Of a DNA stretch of 64,000 bases, positions 60,672 through 64,000 are shown in pieces. Where the stretch lies: NCBI GenBank assembly GCA_964633865.1, contig CAZWIJ010000002.1, positions 628 to 64,627 on the forward strand, given 5' to 3'. This DNA is from an uncultured Candidatus Saccharibacteria bacterium (GTDB lineage: Bacteria > Patescibacteriota > Minisyncoccia > SW-4-49-11). The position numbers were made by a program, and so were the translations under genes. The first letter of the stretch is position 1. Every line of letters begins with the position of its first letter. The notes beneath the pieces were generated by a model. That model was not told where the DNA came from and did not search any database. It saw only the letters and a program-made list of their open reading frames with translations.

Positions 60672-61991
60672 ATGAAAGTACTTGTAATTAACTCTCCCTT
60701 ATTTATTAATTCTATTGAAAACTACTCTGACGATTCTTTACCTCCTTTAGGTTTAGGATATATCGTAAATGAATTAAAAAAGATTAAATTAGATGTTATA
60801 TTTCTAGATGCATTTAATAAAAATTTGTGTGTAACTCAAATTTTAGAACACATATTAATAATTAACCCACAATACATAATTTTAAATGTATTTTCTGTTA
60901 ATTTATTAGTTGTGAAAGAGATAATTAAACAATCTCCAGAAAATATTCAATTTATATTGGGAGGTGGAACTCAAGATATATATAAAGACATATTTAATTG
61001 GGATGATATATATCATAAAATTGACATTATAGTAGGTGAAGGAGAGATTATTGTTCCTCTTATAATTCAATCTTCTGACTCTATTATTCATAATTTTTAT
61101 AAAGTAAACAAAAGAGTCATTATTATAAATAATAATTCTGAATATTTCCCAAAAGATTTATCAAAATATGAAGTAGATCACTCTATATTTGAAAATGAAC
61201 CATTATTTCATCACCATGGACTCTGGGAAGCTTATATTACAACTAATAGAGGTTGTATATATAGTTGTGCATTCTGTGGATCTGCCAGATCTATGAATTC
61301 GCATATTTTAGTTAGAGAAAGGAATATTCCTTCGATTAGAAATGAGCTAAATACACTTCTATTTAATCATCCTAACATTCAAACTATTAGAATCTTAGAT
61401 GACTTATTTCTTAAAGATAGACTTAGTGTAATAAAAGCTTCTCAGATATTTGAAGGATTTAATTTATCATGGAGAGCAATGGCACATATATTATCTGTAT
61501 CTAACCTCAATTCAGAAGAAATTATAGATTTAAAAAAATCTGGTTGTAGAGAATTGTTTATAGGTATAGAATCAGGCTCTCAAGATATACTAAAAATGAT
61601 CCACAAAGTAACTAATATAGGATTAATAAGAAAAACTATATGCAGACTTATGGATATAGGTATAAATGTTAAAGGATTTTTCATTGTAGGATTTCCTAAT
61701 GAATCTTATAATGATGCTGTAAAAACTTTAGAGTTAGCTATCTTTCTAAAAAAATATTCTCAAAATGTATATGGTAATTTTAGAACAAGTGTATTTCAAT
61801 TTAGACCTTATGCAGGAACTGAACTATATAATAAATTAATGTTAGAAAACATTAATTATAAAATTAATTTAGATCTTTCCGCAACTATAGGTAGACATCA
61901 ATTTAATACAAGTTCAGATAACTATTCTTTTATAGATACCTTAGATCTGCAACAAATTATTAAAGAAATTAATGATCTTAATCAATGTTAA
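60672..61991 (+). CDS. Cobalamin-binding radical SAM protein
   Basis: PPLGLGYI (B12-binding domain), TNRGCIYSCAFC (CxxxCxxC), DDLF, GIESGS, F.PYAGT; start set at MKVLVIN. Confidence 0.9.
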   Translation: MKVLVINSPLFINSIENYSDDSLPPLGLGYIVNELKKIKLDVIFLDAFNKNLCVTQILEHILIINPQYIILNVFSVNLLVVKEIIKQSPENIQFILGGGTQDIYKDIFNWDDIYHKIDIIVGEGEIIVPLIIQSSDSIIHNFYKVNKRVIIINNNSEYFPKDLSKYEVDHSIFENEPLFHHHGLWEAYITTNRGCIYSCAFCGSARSMNSHILVRERNIPSIRNELNTLLFNHPNIQTIRILDDLFLKDRLSVIKASQIFEGFNLSWRAMAHILSVSNLNSEEIIDLKKSGCRELFIGIESGSQDILKMIHKVTNIGLIRKTICRLMDIGINVKGFFIVGFPNESYNDAVKTLELAIFLKKYSQNVYGNFRTSVFQFRPYAGTELYNKLMLENINYKINLDLSATIGRHQFNTSSDNYSFIDTLDLQQIIKEINDLNQC

Positions 61992-62449
61992 TACTATGGG
62001 TAGGATTATCAGCTAAATATTCTAAAGCTGGGGGAATTCTTCCTGCATTAGATACCTCTACATTATCAGGTAAATTAGTATCAGAAATTGAGTTGTCTTT
62101 ACCACAATATACTTTTAAAAGAGTTAATTTAGTATCTTTTCCACCTTTAAATAAAGACGGAAAATTAAGGTATCCAACAATATCTGAATGTAATAACGAG
62201 TTTTCTAATTTCTGGACTAACTTACAAAATACAAAACCTAAAATAATATTTATGTTAGGTGATAGAGTTTCTAAATATTTGATTAAAAAGATAGATATGC
62301 AATTATTTGAAAAGAATATCTATTTATTTAATCAAATATACTTTATATCAATTGAACATCCTTCTTATATAATGGTTTATAAAAAACAATATAAGCAAAT
62401 TTATATTGATAAAATAAATCAACTTACAACTAAATTTTATTCAAGATAA
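61985..62449 (+). CDS. Uracil-DNA glycosylase-like superfamily protein
   Basis: VGLS, NLV..PP, LRYPT..E, P.IIF.LG, HPSY; overlaps radical SAM stop. Confidence 0.7.
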   Translation: MLILWVGLSAKYSKAGGILPALDTSTLSGKLVSEIELSLPQYTFKRVNLVSFPPLNKDGKLRYPTISECNNEFSNFWTNLQNTKPKIIFMLGDRVSKYLIKKIDMQLFEKNIYLFNQIYFISIEHPSYIMVYKKQYKQIYIDKINQLTTKFYSR

Positions 62450-62620
62450 TGATAAATATCATTATCTTTTATTTTTATTTAAATTGATAATATAATTAAA
62501 AAGGTCAATTAAAATAATATAACTGACCTAAAATTAAATTTTTATGATAAAGTATAAACTAACAAATTATCTAATCTTGATAATAAAAAATTAATATTAA
62601 TCAAATTTATATAGATAACC

Positions 62621-63205
62621 TTAACTTTTCAATGACATTATAATTTCATAAATATCATCTGTTACTTGTGAAATTTGCTTTGTATTTTCAATCCAAACAA
62701 CATTCCATCCTTTAGACTTCAAAAATTCACTTGCTTCTTCAGTATATTGAATTTCTTTAACCCTTATTTCAGATTTTTTCAATCTACTTAGCGATAATCT
62801 AGATTCAAGCCTTTGATTTCTTATATTATCGTCAACAGTTATAATTATAGTTATATTTGGTACTAAAAAGTGTTCGTTTTTCGACCAAATATATTCTAAG
62901 TCTAGACCATCTAATCTTTGAAAAACTAAAGAAGATAGTACATATCTATCAGATATAATTATATTTCCTTCTTTTATCGAGGGAAGAATCTGTCTTTCAA
63001 TGTGATTTTTTCTGTCATCTAAAAGTAATTTAAATAAATTATTACCAAATATAATATCCTCATTTCTTAATTCAAAATCAGATGTAGGCTCTTTCGTAAA
63101 AATAACTTTATTATTAAATCTAAGTTTTAAATTTTGAATTATACTTGACTTACCAACACCACTAGCTCCTTCAATAGCAACAAATAAACCTTTTGTAAAA
63201 TTCAT
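62621..63205 (-). CDS. tmk: Thymidylate kinase (dTMP kinase)
   Basis: IEGASGVGKS, TKEP, SDRY..SSLVFQ. Confidence 0.85.
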   Translation of the reverse strand: MNFTKGLFVAIEGASGVGKSSIIQNLKLRFNNKVIFTKEPTSDFELRNEDIIFGNNLFKLLLDDRKNHIERQILPSIKEGNIIISDRYVLSSLVFQRLDGLDLEYIWSKNEHFLVPNITIIITVDDNIRNQRLESRLSLSRLKKSEIRVKEIQYTEEASEFLKSKGWNVVWIENTKQISQVTDDIYEIIMSLKS

Positions 63206-63370
63206 CTTATCCTTTTATGAAAATTATGTGTTTACAAATTAAGTTTACCTTATTTCTTGTTTTTTGTAAATAATATATATTTAATACTTATTTCATTAGT
63301 TCTTTTACTCTCTCTAATCCATCAAAAGCAATATGATAAATTAAATTGGCATCTCCATTTTCTGGTAACT

Positions 63371-63619
63371 CTAAACTAAATTTTTATTTATATTCCTGAT
63401 GTTTTCTTGAATCAAAAAATCCTTGTATTTTTTCTGAAAAGAATTATAACTTAGAAATCCCACTATACATACCTTAATTTGTTCTATCTTTTCTGCTTCT
63501 TTATTAAAAATAATTATATCATTTAGATTAAGTTGCTGTCTTTTTTCATCGAATAATCTAAGTTCAATAGTCTTTGATCCATTTTTTATTTTATCAAAGT
63601 ATTCAGCTTGTAAGTTCAT
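63371..63619 (-). pseudogene. ASCH/PUA domain protein, C-terminally truncated
   Basis: F.KIKNG.KTIELRL.DEKR....D.I.F; similarity lost after Y.SF. Confidence 0.6.
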
Positions 63620-63654
63620 TTGGATTTTACTAATATATTTCTATTGATTTACTT

Positions 63655-63978
63655 CTACTCTTTTGTCCATATTCTTTTGTTATTTATTTCTTCTTTATCT
63701 CGAAAAGCTTTCTCCAAATCAATATTGTATTGGTTTGCGATTGTGCAAATATAAATAAAAACATCAGCAACCTCTTCCTCTATATTATGAATATCTGAAT
63801 TACTATCTGTTCTCATCTTTTCAGTTTTTCTGATAGCTTTGAATAACTCTCCAATTTCTTCACCAAGCATTAATGAATTTTGTAATACAGTGTTTTTGGT
63901 AAATCCTCTTTCTCTTATCATATCTCTGACATAGTATTGAAAATCACTGAGTTTTGGATCTTTTTTTAGATTTGGCAT
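63655..63978 (-). CDS. MazG-like nucleotide pyrophosphohydrolase
   Basis: EEIGELFKAIRK, EEVADVFIY, K...N..R.W. Confidence 0.88.
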   Translation of the reverse strand: MPNLKKDPKLSDFQYYVRDMIRERGFTKNTVLQNSLMLGEEIGELFKAIRKTEKMRTDSNSDIHNIEEEVADVFIYICTIANQYNIDLEKAFRDKEEINNKRIWTKE

Positions 63979-64000
63979 AAAAATATATATTATAAATAAA

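Noticed and set aside
1-64000. Alternative genetic code 25 (TGA=Gly), suggested by the very low GC and CPR features
   Set aside because: Long conserved genes are intact under code 11, and TGA acts as a stop (e.g. ends of 14688..17693 and 18441..19529).

Overview
This is a very AT-rich bacterial chromosome segment in standard genetic code 11, most consistent with a Patescibacteria/CPR (Parcubacteria-like) genome. The supporting signs are no rpmD in the spc block, CPR-type VirB2/TrbC-like pilins, DUF4012, a MEMO1-CapA fusion and a primase lacking zinc ligands. Housekeeping content is gatC-gatA, tRNA-His, murB, dnaX, rdgB, serS, tRNA-Lys, gyrA, gatB, a leucyl aminopeptidase, tuf plus the S10/spc ribosomal protein block to secY, two gpmA copies, recA, rpoD and dnaG. 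Four accessory features stand out. (1) A tandem two-unit locus at 17.7-21.2 kb fuses a near-identical pilin N-terminal module to two unrelated lytic transglycosylase domains (lambda-R-like and RlpA-like). Each fusion is followed by a membrane-anchored partner gene, and the locus lies directly upstream of a double-domain PilB/GspE ATPase, which resembles a polymorphic pilin-borne peptidoglycan-degrading effector system. (2) An orphan PemK/MazF toxin lies between REP-like palindromes. A perfect convergent sigma70 promoter there would make a ~48-nt two-hairpin RNA, a candidate RNA antitoxin. (3) Four more pilins form an array, two of them with Cys-rich inserts, and one promoter has tandem DnaA boxes. 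(4) A B12-radical SAM / UDG-like / dTMP kinase / ASCH / MazG nucleotide cluster lies at the right end. All calls come from reading the sequence and from recalled family motifs; no database searches were run.
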